This document shows positions 10,374 to 18,756 of a stretch of DNA of 64,000 nucleotides, one piece after another (the stretch's first letter is position 1; each line of letters starts with the position of its first letter). Where the stretch lies: the NCBI GenBank assembly GCA_028700655.1, contig JAQVSG010000004.1, positions 1,570 to 65,569 on the forward strand, written 5' to 3'. Under the pieces are notes generated by a model, which was not told the origin of the DNA, did not search any database, and was given only the letters and a program-made list of their open reading frames with translations. The position numbers and the translations under genes are program-made. The DNA comes from Caldisericia bacterium (GTDB lineage: Bacteria > Caldisericota > Caldisericia > UBA6126).

Positions 10374-10401
10374 ATTAAAAGGAGCTACAATTAACGAAAA
10401 T
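10374..10401 (+). promoter_or_regulatory. Sigma70-like promoter for the 10419 lipoprotein gene
   Basis: TTGAAA (10374-10379), 16-nt spacer, TACAAT (10396-10401). Confidence 0.4.
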
Positions 10402-10418
10402 AACTTCGTGAGGATATT

Positions 10419-10967
10419 ATGAAAAGAACGATATGGATTTTTATAGTTTTTATGATTTTAGCCTCTTCTGTAAGCAGTTGTACTTTTGGTGGCTGCATGC
10501 AGGATATTCGGTCACGTTTCTCGAAAGAACCCACGACGATACAAAGCGATTTCCCTACTTCCGATGAATCATCGACAGACAACTCTTTTTCCACGGTTCT
10601 TGAAATTCCCATTCACTCTCCCTTTGTTTATTTAAATGGAGAAAAAACATCTCTTGATACCCCACCCGCATTTATTACGGATGCTGAAATTACAATGATC
10701 CCTTTGAAGTTTATCTCGGACGTATTGGGTGCAAAAGTAGAATGGTATCCAAATACAAAAGAAATTTCGATTCTTCAACGAGATGGGGAAATCCAACTAC
10801 AGATCAATAGTCCAAATGCGTATGTAAATGGGGTTCTCTATTCTTTATCCACACCCCCGCTCATTCATCAAGAGTACTCTTTTGTCCCTCTGGCCTTTAT
10901 TGCAGAACATTTACAATTTGAAGTAGAATGGATCCCGGAAACCAAAACCGTCATTCTTCGAAAGTAA
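10419..10967 (+). CDS. Lipoprotein with copper amine oxidase N-terminal-like domain
   Basis: Signal peptide ending in the lipobox-like VSSC. Repeats IPLKFISDVLGAKVEWYPNTKEISI and VPLAFIAEHLQFEVEWIPETKTVIL are typical of the Cu_amine_oxidN1 fold. Confidence 0.7.
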   Translation: MKRTIWIFIVFMILASSVSSCTFGGCMQDIRSRFSKEPTTIQSDFPTSDESSTDNSFSTVLEIPIHSPFVYLNGEKTSLDTPPAFITDAEITMIPLKFISDVLGAKVEWYPNTKEISILQRDGEIQLQINSPNAYVNGVLYSLSTPPLIHQEYSFVPLAFIAEHLQFEVEWIPETKTVILRK

Positions 10968-10973
10968 AGAACT

Positions 10974-13304
10974 CTACAGCACCACTTTTTTATTTCGAAA
11001 CTGAACTGCTTTTTCTAATTCAGCTCCTATATCTGAATGGTTAATGAGGTGAGTAGCAATTTCTTTTGCTTTTTCTAACAAAGGATAGTCCTCTTCCAAT
11101 CGAACCAATTGTGAAAAGATATGCCCGCTTTGAAGAGTCCCAAAAAGCTCTCCTGGTCCCCGTAATTCCAAATCTTTTTCTGCAATTGCAAATCCATTGT
11201 TGGTTGTTTCTAGTATCGCCAGTCTGGAAGAAGAGGAAGCATCTGTGACTAAGAAACAGTAGGATTGTTGAGATTTCCGACCAACCCTTCCTCGAAGCTG
11301 ATGCAATTGGGCCAAACCGAATCGTTCTGCATTTTCAATCACCATCGCTGTAGCTTCTGACACATCAACACCCACTTCAATCACTGTAGTGGACACCAAT
11401 ATAGCCCTTTTGGCCTGTCTGAAGTCATGCATTACTTGGTTTTTCTCTTCCATTTTCATTCTTCCATGTAGCAGAAAAACATCGATATCTGGAAATGTCG
11501 TCTTCACTTCCTCTGTTTTGTGGATTGAATTGGCCACATCCAGTGAATCAGACTCTTCAATAAGAGGGCACACAAAATAAATCTTTTCGTTCTTCTCCAA
11601 AAGGGTCCGTAAAATTCTATTCATTTCACTTCGTTGAGTGGAAGAGACGATTTTCGTTTGAATATTTTTTTGTCCCTGTGGCAATTCTTGAATCACAGAT
11701 ACATCCAAGTCTCCAAATTGTGTTAATGCCATTGTTCTTGGGATAGGCGTAGCGCTCATCACAAGAAGATGTGGGTGTAAAGCTTTTCCAAACAGACGTT
11801 TTCTTTGTTCCACACCAAATCGATGTTGCTCATCAATAATGAAAGTTGCAGGACGATGAAAGAGAATTTTGTCTTCAAAAAGAGCATGGGTACCCACAGC
11901 AAAATTCACAGTACCTAGTTGCAATGCTTCTTCTGCTTTCTCTCTTTCTTTCTTTTTCATATCTCCAATCAACAACACTCCTTGGATCGTTTCATCCGAT
12001 AAAAAAAGAGTGGTAAGTACTTGAAAAACTTGTTTCGCAAGAATTTCCGTAGGCGCCATGAAAATTGCTTGATACTGGTTTTTTATTGTGAAATACAGCA
12101 AGGCTGCTGCCACTATTGTCTTCCCAGATCCAACATCTCCATGCAGCAATCGATTCATTGGATACCCGGAGGCAAGGTCTTGTCGAAACTCCAACACTGT
12201 TTTTTGCTGATCTCCCGTTAAGGAAAAGGATAGTAAAGATTGAAAAGAAGAGACCATAGTATCGGGAATAGAAAGTTTGATCCCTTCTTTCTTTCGGTGT
12301 AATATTTTGTGTTGCAAAGCTGTATATTGATTCATTAGAAATTCATCAAGAACCAGTCTTTTCCTAGCCTCCTCTGCGACTTGTAATGACATAGGAAAAT
12401 GCATGTGACAAAGGGCTTCCGCTCGATGCATTATGTGTTCTGGTATACGGATACTGGAAGGTAGAAATTCATGAATGTGGACAATGTGTTCTTCAATAGT
12501 ATGCCTGATTAACTGCCGATAGACCTTTTGTGACATCCCCTCTGTTAATTTATAAATCGGTACAATATCGTGAAATGTGTGTGAAGACTTTGAATTCTGT
12601 TGTATCTCAAACTCTGGGTTGTTCATCTGTATTTTTCCATATTGATATTGTACTTTTCCAGACAAAAACATCAGATGCCCTTTGTGATCTTGAAACATCT
12701 TTTTCAGATACTTTTGATTAATGAAAGTCGTTAACAAAAAACCAGTTTTATCCTTTACGACAAGATTCGTAATCAAAAACGATCCTTTTTTTTGCTCCAC
12801 TACATTGTCTATGTAGGCTGCAATCTGAACCGTCTCTCCTTGCAACATATAAGCTTCTTGGATAGTATTTGTTTTTCTTCGATCGTTCCATGACTTCGGA
12901 AACGTATACAAAAAATCATAGATTTTATATATACCCAATCTGGACAACACTTGTGCTCGTTTTGGGCCAAACCCTTTGCAATATTGCAAAGGCTTTAACA
13001 AAATATCCTGCATAACGGCCGTTGGAATTTGATTATCCCAGTAGTCATAGAGACTTCCTATGGAGGATACGAGTTGAGCATAAGTGGACGTACTGGGTTC
13101 CACTTCATAAGATTGAAGACTCTGAACGAGAGAATCTCGAAGAGAATTCGGATACTCTTGTACAAACCATTCTTCAGTGGACACTTTTTGTAAAAAGTGA
13201 GAAAAGCCCTCCTTGATGGAAGTATTGGAATACTCTGTTTCAACTTCTTTATGCAATGCTACGTGAATTCTTTTCCATAAAGCAAAACTACGTTGGCTTT
13301 TCAA
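10974..13304 (-). CDS. recG: ATP-dependent DNA helicase RecG
   Basis: Wedge/OB region, Walker A GDVGSGKT, DEQHRFG, and the C-terminal motif QLRGRVGR. The N-terminus is longer than usual. Confidence 0.9.
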   Translation of the reverse strand: MKSQRSFALWKRIHVALHKEVETEYSNTSIKEGFSHFLQKVSTEEWFVQEYPNSLRDSLVQSLQSYEVEPSTSTYAQLVSSIGSLYDYWDNQIPTAVMQDILLKPLQYCKGFGPKRAQVLSRLGIYKIYDFLYTFPKSWNDRRKTNTIQEAYMLQGETVQIAAYIDNVVEQKKGSFLITNLVVKDKTGFLLTTFINQKYLKKMFQDHKGHLMFLSGKVQYQYGKIQMNNPEFEIQQNSKSSHTFHDIVPIYKLTEGMSQKVYRQLIRHTIEEHIVHIHEFLPSSIRIPEHIMHRAEALCHMHFPMSLQVAEEARKRLVLDEFLMNQYTALQHKILHRKKEGIKLSIPDTMVSSFQSLLSFSLTGDQQKTVLEFRQDLASGYPMNRLLHGDVGSGKTIVAAALLYFTIKNQYQAIFMAPTEILAKQVFQVLTTLFLSDETIQGVLLIGDMKKKEREKAEEALQLGTVNFAVGTHALFEDKILFHRPATFIIDEQHRFGVEQRKRLFGKALHPHLLVMSATPIPRTMALTQFGDLDVSVIQELPQGQKNIQTKIVSSTQRSEMNRILRTLLEKNEKIYFVCPLIEESDSLDVANSIHKTEEVKTTFPDIDVFLLHGRMKMEEKNQVMHDFRQAKRAILVSTTVIEVGVDVSEATAMVIENAERFGLAQLHQLRGRVGRKSQQSYCFLVTDASSSSRLAILETTNNGFAIAEKDLELRGPGELFGTLQSGHIFSQLVRLEEDYPLLEKAKEIATHLINHSDIGAELEKAVQFRNKKVVL

Positions 13305-14085
13305 AAGAAATTACCTTCACAATAGGCTTGGAAATATGCAGATAATAGTCTAAATAGTGCTCAAGAATGGAGGGTTCAGCACTTGTATAATAGTCGTCGT
13401 TTACAGGCTTCAAGTTCGCAGTATCTTGAGAAGATATCGCTAGAAAGACTTTTTTTGCTTGTTTCGCAACACCTTCAATTGGATCTATAACTTCAAAGAC
13501 GTCTGGGAAATGCGTGTCCAAATAGTGTTTGACATATAAAAAATGGGTACAACCAAGAACGACAACGGAATATCCATTTTTTTGTAATTTCTGAAAAAAA
13601 GTTTTCAAGTACTGCTGTGTAGAATCCTCATGAAATCTGTTATACTCGACAATACTGGCCAAATCTGGCATTTCAAAAGTATCCATCGTATTCCCATGTC
13701 TCCATGCTTCCAATAAAAGCCCATATTGCTTACTTTTTGCTGATAAAGGGGTTACCAGAACGGCAATTTTTCTGTTTTTTCCATTGGCAGAAGCAGGTTT
13801 TACGGCAGGTACAATTCCAACAAAAGGAATGGGAAACATCTGTCTTAATCTTCCGATTGCAGTAACAGTAGCCGTATTGCAGGCCACAACAATCATTTTG
13901 CAACCTTGTTGGACAAAAAAAGAGGATATTTTCGTGGAATACGCCAAAACTTGTTCATCTGTTTTTTCTCCGTAGGGAAAATGAAGATGATCGGAATAAT
14001 ATTGAAAAGAAATCCATGGAAGACTTTTTTTAATTCTCTGATAGATGATTAATCCGCCAACGCCAGAATCAAAAATTCCTATCAT
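13288..14085 (-). CDS. murI: Glutamate racemase
   Basis: IGIFDSGVGGL, catalytic-Cys motifs VACNTAT and LGCTHF. Confidence 0.9.
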   Translation of the reverse strand: MIGIFDSGVGGLIIYQRIKKSLPWISFQYYSDHLHFPYGEKTDEQVLAYSTKISSFFVQQGCKMIVVACNTATVTAIGRLRQMFPIPFVGIVPAVKPASANGKNRKIAVLVTPLSAKSKQYGLLLEAWRHGNTMDTFEMPDLASIVEYNRFHEDSTQQYLKTFFQKLQKNGYSVVVLGCTHFLYVKHYLDTHFPDVFEVIDPIEGVAKQAKKVFLAISSQDTANLKPVNDDYYTSAEPSILEHYLDYYLHISKPIVKVISFEKPT

Positions 14086-14089
14086 CCCG

Positions 14090-15244
14090 TTACACTACAC
14101 TAGGTTCCACAATACGCTCTCCCCGATCATATCGACCCAGATCCAATTGGGTTCTGGCTTCAGGAATAGACAACTCTTCATTGGTAATCATTTGGGCAAT
14201 CATTTCAGAAACCATGGGGGCAACCATAAATCCGTGTCCAGAAAAACCAACGGCTAGAAACATATTGTTTACTTCTTTAGGCAATCCTAGGATAGGAGCT
14301 TTATCAGGGGATATATTGTACAAGCCAGACCATTGTCGCACTACTCTTGCTTTTCCTACTGCCGGCAAAACAGAGGTGACAAGAGAAGCAACAGTATGAA
14401 GAAAATGATAGGAATGATCCATATTATATCCCTTGGGTTCATGAGGATCTCCCACTCCCATCAAAATAGCCCCATTGGGTTCTTGTTGGGTATAAAAACC
14501 ATGTGTAAAGCTCATCACCATTGGTCGGAATAAAGGCTCAATGGGTTCGGTAACAAGAATCTGGTGTCGTTCAGAAAACAAGGGAAGTGTTACATGTGCC
14601 ATTTGGGCAATTTCTTGAGACCATCCCCCCGCAGCATTCACTACACAATCGCAAGATATATCTCCCCGGTTCGTTTTAACAGAACGTATCGTTTCTTTTT
14701 CCATAGTAAAACCAAGTACTTCCGTGTTCTTTTCGATACAAACGCCGTTCCTTTTGGCAGCCTCGGCATATGCTGCTGTAGTGTGAAAGGGACTTAAATA
14801 TCCATCTTTATCGTAGTATGTGGCTCCTAGTAACCCGTCTAAAGAAACAATGGGAACAATACTTCTACATTCTTCTGGTTGTAAGTATTGAACATCAAGT
14901 CCAAATTTTCTTTGAAGACTTACATTTTTTTCAAATTGTTGTCGCTGTTTTTCGGTATATACGGGCATAAAATATCCCGTTTGGGAAAATTCAATGCCGT
15001 GCGGATAGTCCAATTCTTCAGCTAAGGTTTCATATCGTTTCACAGACCCAATAGAAAGTCGCAGATTCATCTCTGTACCCCACTGTTGTCGGACGCCAGC
15101 CCCACATCGAGCAGTGGCACCAGAGAACAGAGTATTCTTTTCCACCAACACAATATCTCGTACACCTCGGAGGGTTAACTCGTAAGCGATTGCCGTACCA
15201 ATGACACCTCCACCTATAACAACAACGGCTGCTTTAGTTTTCAT
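14090..15244 (-). CDS. FAD-dependent amino-acid oxidoreductase (DAO family; sarcosine oxidase beta / HcnC / proline dehydrogenase beta-like)
   Basis: VVVIGGGVIGTAIAYEL dinucleotide fold and DAO-like length. Start set at ATG 15244, preceded by AAGGAGGA. Confidence 0.8.
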   Translation of the reverse strand: MKTKAAVVVIGGGVIGTAIAYELTLRGVRDIVLVEKNTLFSGATARCGAGVRQQWGTEMNLRLSIGSVKRYETLAEELDYPHGIEFSQTGYFMPVYTEKQRQQFEKNVSLQRKFGLDVQYLQPEECRSIVPIVSLDGLLGATYYDKDGYLSPFHTTAAYAEAAKRNGVCIEKNTEVLGFTMEKETIRSVKTNRGDISCDCVVNAAGGWSQEIAQMAHVTLPLFSERHQILVTEPIEPLFRPMVMSFTHGFYTQQEPNGAILMGVGDPHEPKGYNMDHSYHFLHTVASLVTSVLPAVGKARVVRQWSGLYNISPDKAPILGLPKEVNNMFLAVGFSGHGFMVAPMVSEMIAQMITNEELSIPEARTQLDLGRYDRGERIVEPSVV

Positions 15245-15521
15245 TCGCATCCTCCTTAGCAAGCAATTCAAGTGGAATTGTTACAGACGGAGGCCGCAAC
15301 CGCGATAGTTCCACATCGGTTGGCGAAATGTGAAGTTCGTTGGCAATGATTTGAAGCAAAAGATTTCGACACGTTTTTCCCTGACATTGACCCATACCAG
15401 CTCGAGTAAGACGCTTTATCTCATCGAGTGTGGTATAACCTTTCCGAATGGCTTCTTTTATTTCGCCAAGAGTTACATCTGCACACCTACAAACGATTGT
15501 ATTATCATCTTTCAAATTCAT
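15234..15521 (-). CDS. Small (2Fe-2S)-binding BFD-like subunit
   Basis: CRCADVT ... GQCQGKTC cysteine pattern typical of BFD-like [2Fe-2S] domains. 4-nt overlap with the upstream gene. Confidence 0.7.
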   Translation of the reverse strand: MNLKDDNTIVCRCADVTLGEIKEAIRKGYTTLDEIKRLTRAGMGQCQGKTCRNLLLQIIANELHISPTDVELSRLRPPSVTIPLELLAKEDANEN

Positions 15522-16009
15522 TCTTTCACCATCCGAACATTTCGTGCTTCTTTGTACAGTTTTTTGGGGATTTCAACCCATACTACTCTACCCTTTGGAT
15601 TGAAGGCATATTTCTGGACCCTTTCAACCCTTCCTCTGCCAATAACAGATCCCTCTCTGGAAAGAATATCGCAGATATCGTTTTTTTCTGGTATTGGAAG
15701 CATTTCATAGGGGATCTTCATCAAAGAGGTATCGGGGGTATAGTTTTTCTCAATGACATAAATAGCCAATCCTGGACAAACAGAAATACAATTTCCACAT
15801 CCGTTGCAAAGATCAAACTGAATAACAGGAAGGTCCGTAATTTTCTGAAAAGGTTGGATTGCTCCTCTGGGGCAAGCTTGTTGACATGGATTGCAAGGTA
15901 TATGTTCTGGGCACTCTATAATAGCAACAGGACCTTCGTTCAGTCTATCTTCGTCTGGCATTAAAGAGGAATATTCTATAGAAGACAAACAACCTGTATT
16001 CTTAAACAT
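15518..16009 (-). CDS. 4Fe-4S ferredoxin-domain subunit
   Basis: CNPCQQACP and CNGCGNCISVCP cluster motifs. Overlaps both neighbours. Confidence 0.7.
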   Translation of the reverse strand: MFKNTGCLSSIEYSSLMPDEDRLNEGPVAIIECPEHIPCNPCQQACPRGAIQPFQKITDLPVIQFDLCNGCGNCISVCPGLAIYVIEKNYTPDTSLMKIPYEMLPIPEKNDICDILSREGSVIGRGRVERVQKYAFNPKGRVVWVEIPKKLYKEARNVRMVKE

Positions 16010-17096
16010 GGGATTCCTCCACTTTCTTCAAACCACTGCATATTTTCTCTCCAATAGGACCCGATCGCATTGCTTTTAAAAATTCTACCGAGTTTTCACG
16101 CAAAACCAGATGTTTTGGTGTAGCAATCTGAAGATCTTCTGCAATGGATACTCCTGCAATATAGCCTTCCAACATAGCCGAACTTGCTTCTTCAATACCA
16201 GCCACATCGCCTGCGATATAAACATCTTTGTTGGTACATTGCATTCTGTGGTTTCGTATGGCCACAGATCCTCCCAACTCGGGTACATATTTTGTTTCAC
16301 ATTGCATCTGGGATAATAACTCTGACATAGGACAGAGTCCCACTGCTAAGCACAGTGTATCACAGCTTTCTATGCGCTCAGTACCAGGAATACTTTGCCA
16401 TTTTTCATCCAACGATACAATCTCAACACCTTCCAAAGAATCAGTTCCAATAGCCTTTCGGATTGTTGTTTGTGTGTAAATGGGAATTTGCAATCTTCGA
16501 ATTTTGGCAGCATGTACAAAATAGCCACCAATAACGGGCGCTGCTTCAATAATGCATTTTACCGATATACCCGCCTGTAGAAGTTGGTAGGATACAATGA
16601 GTCCAATATTCCCTGATCCAACCATAATGACTTCTTTTCCCGGTGCTACACCGTACATATTCATAAGGGTTTGTACAGCACCGGCACCAAATATTCCTGG
16701 TAAATCGTTATTTTCAAAAATCAGCGCTTTTTCAGAAGCTCCCGTTGCCACAATCACTTTTTTAAAACCGATTCGATGGAGCGTTTGATCTTGCTCAATT
16801 GCAAGCATAAAACCATCTTCTGGATAATATCCTGCCGCCACCGTTTCTGTAAAAATATGGATATTCTTTGCTTGAAGAACAGATTCTTTTAGAATATCGC
16901 TAATGGCAAAGCCTCTTGTTCCCGCATATTGTTCTTTAGAACCAAAAAACATATGGGTTTGTTTCAGTAGTTGACCCCCAAGAAAGGGATCTCTTTCAAT
17001 GACAACAACCTGGACATTCGTATTCACAAATACACTTGCGGCACACAAGCCAGCAGGTCCTGCACCGACAATTAACACATCACAGTTTTGTTTCAT
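16002..17096 (-). CDS. FAD/NAD(P)-binding pyridine nucleotide-disulfide oxidoreductase-like subunit (HcnB / OoxA / PDH alpha-like)
   Basis: Two Rossmann motifs, VLIVGAGPAGLCAA and VIMVGSGNIGLIVS, plus GDVAG near the C-terminus. Confidence 0.8.
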   Translation of the reverse strand: MKQNCDVLIVGAGPAGLCAASVFVNTNVQVVVIERDPFLGGQLLKQTHMFFGSKEQYAGTRGFAISDILKESVLQAKNIHIFTETVAAGYYPEDGFMLAIEQDQTLHRIGFKKVIVATGASEKALIFENNDLPGIFGAGAVQTLMNMYGVAPGKEVIMVGSGNIGLIVSYQLLQAGISVKCIIEAAPVIGGYFVHAAKIRRLQIPIYTQTTIRKAIGTDSLEGVEIVSLDEKWQSIPGTERIESCDTLCLAVGLCPMSELLSQMQCETKYVPELGGSVAIRNHRMQCTNKDVYIAGDVAGIEEASSAMLEGYIAGVSIAEDLQIATPKHLVLRENSVEFLKAMRSGPIGEKICSGLKKVEESHV

Positions 17097-17389
17097 GGTT
17101 CCCTCTTTTGTGTTTCTACTTGCATTCCTTCTTCAATTCTCTTTGTACAAGTTCTCACATTGGGTATGCCATCTACTTTCATCAAACAGGAAGAACAATT
17201 GCCAATGCAGCAAAAGATTCCCCTTGGTCTGTGGTAGACAAGGCTCTCATTGATGTTTTTGTACCCCTGTTCAAACAGAGCAACCGCAATGGGTTCTCCT
17301 TCAAATCCTTGTACGGGTTTTCCATCCAAGAAAAAAGACACTTTCTTCTTCTCTTTAAACTCTAAAATCGGATGTTTTTCTATGCGCAT
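17093..17389 (-). CDS. Small 2Fe-2S subunit (HcnA / sarcosine oxidase alpha N-terminal-like)
   Basis: CCIGNCSSCLMKVDG..NVRTC cysteine pattern. First gene of the cluster, with SD GAGGA. Confidence 0.65.
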   Translation of the reverse strand: MRIEKHPILEFKEKKKVSFFLDGKPVQGFEGEPIAVALFEQGYKNINESLVYHRPRGIFCCIGNCSSCLMKVDGIPNVRTCTKRIEEGMQVETQKREP

Positions 17390-17425
17390 ATGGTATCCTC
17401 GTCATATTTGTAAACTTTGCCACTC

Positions 17426-17453
17426 ATTATATCACTTGTGATATATTTGTGAA
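17426..17453 (-). promoter_or_regulatory. Sigma70-like promoter (extended -10) for the 17389-13288 oxidoreductase/murI operon
   Basis: Minus strand: TTCACA (17453-17448), 16-nt spacer, TG-A-TATAAT (17434-17426). Confidence 0.5.
17428..17445. repeat. Perfect 8+8 bp inverted repeat TATATCAC-TT-GTGATATA
   Basis: Read directly from the sequence. It overlaps the -10 and spacer of the minus-strand promoter. Confidence 0.8.
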
Positions 17454-17457
17454 TATA

Positions 17458-17485
17458 TTGACCTGATGAGCTTAGATCATAGAAT
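17458..17485 (+). promoter_or_regulatory. Sigma70-like promoter for the FHA-protein operon
   Basis: TTGACC (17458-17463), 16-nt spacer, TAGAAT (17480-17485). The ATG at 17494 is only 8 nt after the -10 element. Confidence 0.4.
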
Positions 17486-17493
17486 CATTATCA

Positions 17494-18756
17494 ATGAAGA
17501 AAAAAGTTGCCATCGGAATCTTTATTTTGTTATGTGTATTTTCATACTCTCTTTCCGTCTCTGGAAAAGAGCTGGATATCCATATTGACAGAAGCCTGTA
17601 CCCAACCATCCGTGGATATTATTATGCCCCCACCGTAGAACCATACACGATTCAAGTAGAAAACACATCGATTCATGCAAAAGAAAAAGTAATACGATTT
17701 CCGTTCACTTCTCAGCCCAAGATTTATCTTTTGATTCAGAACAGCCCTTCTTATAACAATATCCGAGAAAGAGCTCACAGAGAAGTTGTTTTGATGGAAA
17801 TCGAAAAAGCACGAAAAAAGCAGTCATTTTTTAACGATATTGTAGTATTTACATTTGGATCGGACATACAGGAAATTTCTTTTCCAACAGACAAACTCAG
17901 TACTTACCCTGTCGATCTATCCACCGAAAAGGGGCAGCTGGAATCTCTTCTCGGCGTAATATATTCGAGAGAAATGCAAACATCGCAAGATGTTATCATT
18001 GTCATCCTTGGAGATGGAACAGAATTCCCCACTTTTAAAAACATCTTTGCACCGATATTCTATTTTCAGACCAACAATTCTTCTCGAAACCCTTCGGATG
18101 TTTTCATGATCGAATCCACAGGCGGTTCTTATTTGGATCCCACAACCACCGACGAGGTATCCCAAATGGAAACCCTGATTCAGTCAAGGAAACAACCTCT
18201 TCATTCCTTTGTTGTTACGATCCCCTTCACAAAAATGGTATCGTTGGCCACAATAACCATCCACGATCCTTCTTCTCCCGTTTCTCTACACATCCAACCC
18301 GTTGTTTCTCTCCACAATATTGTGTACTGGTCTCTTCTTTTGATAGCCCTTGTCATCTTGTTTCTTTTCTTTTGGTTTCTTCTGAAATCTATTCTTTGTA
18401 TTGTTCGTCGTCAAACAAAAAAACGGAGCATTCAAGAAAAAAATGCCGAGGAAAAGTATCAAAGAAGAGCCCTATCTTTTCTTATTCAAGAACCGAATAC
18501 AAAGTCTCGATGTGTAACAATACATACCTCATCATGGATTGGTTCTGGTAAAGACTGTCAAATTTCTCTTCGAGATATTTCTGTGTCTTTAGAACATTGT
18601 TACATCCAAAAAACCAAAAATGGCTTTTTTGCTGTTGATCTTCAGAGCTGTAATGGTACAAACCTAAATGGTACAAGTATTCAAAGAATGAAATTGCAAA
18701 AAAATGATGTTCTTCAAGTGGGAGAAACCACATTAACAGTAAAGGAGGAATTGTGA
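17494..18756 (+). CDS. Membrane protein: signal peptide, vWA-like ectodomain, one TM helix, cytoplasmic FHA domain
   Basis: MKKKVAIGIFILL signal peptide. KIYLLIQNSPSY and VIIVILGDGTE resemble vWA strands. TM helix VYWSLLLIALVILFLFFWFLL. C-terminal FHA-like region WIGSGKDCQISL..SLEHCYI..NGTNLNG..L..D.LQVGETTL. Confidence 0.75.
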   Translation: MKKKVAIGIFILLCVFSYSLSVSGKELDIHIDRSLYPTIRGYYYAPTVEPYTIQVENTSIHAKEKVIRFPFTSQPKIYLLIQNSPSYNNIRERAHREVVLMEIEKARKKQSFFNDIVVFTFGSDIQEISFPTDKLSTYPVDLSTEKGQLESLLGVIYSREMQTSQDVIIVILGDGTEFPTFKNIFAPIFYFQTNNSSRNPSDVFMIESTGGSYLDPTTTDEVSQMETLIQSRKQPLHSFVVTIPFTKMVSLATITIHDPSSPVSLHIQPVVSLHNIVYWSLLLIALVILFLFFWFLLKSILCIVRRQTKKRSIQEKNAEEKYQRRALSFLIQEPNTKSRCVTIHTSSWIGSGKDCQISLRDISVSLEHCYIQKTKNGFFAVDLQSCNGTNLNGTSIQRMKLQKNDVLQVGETTLTVKEEL

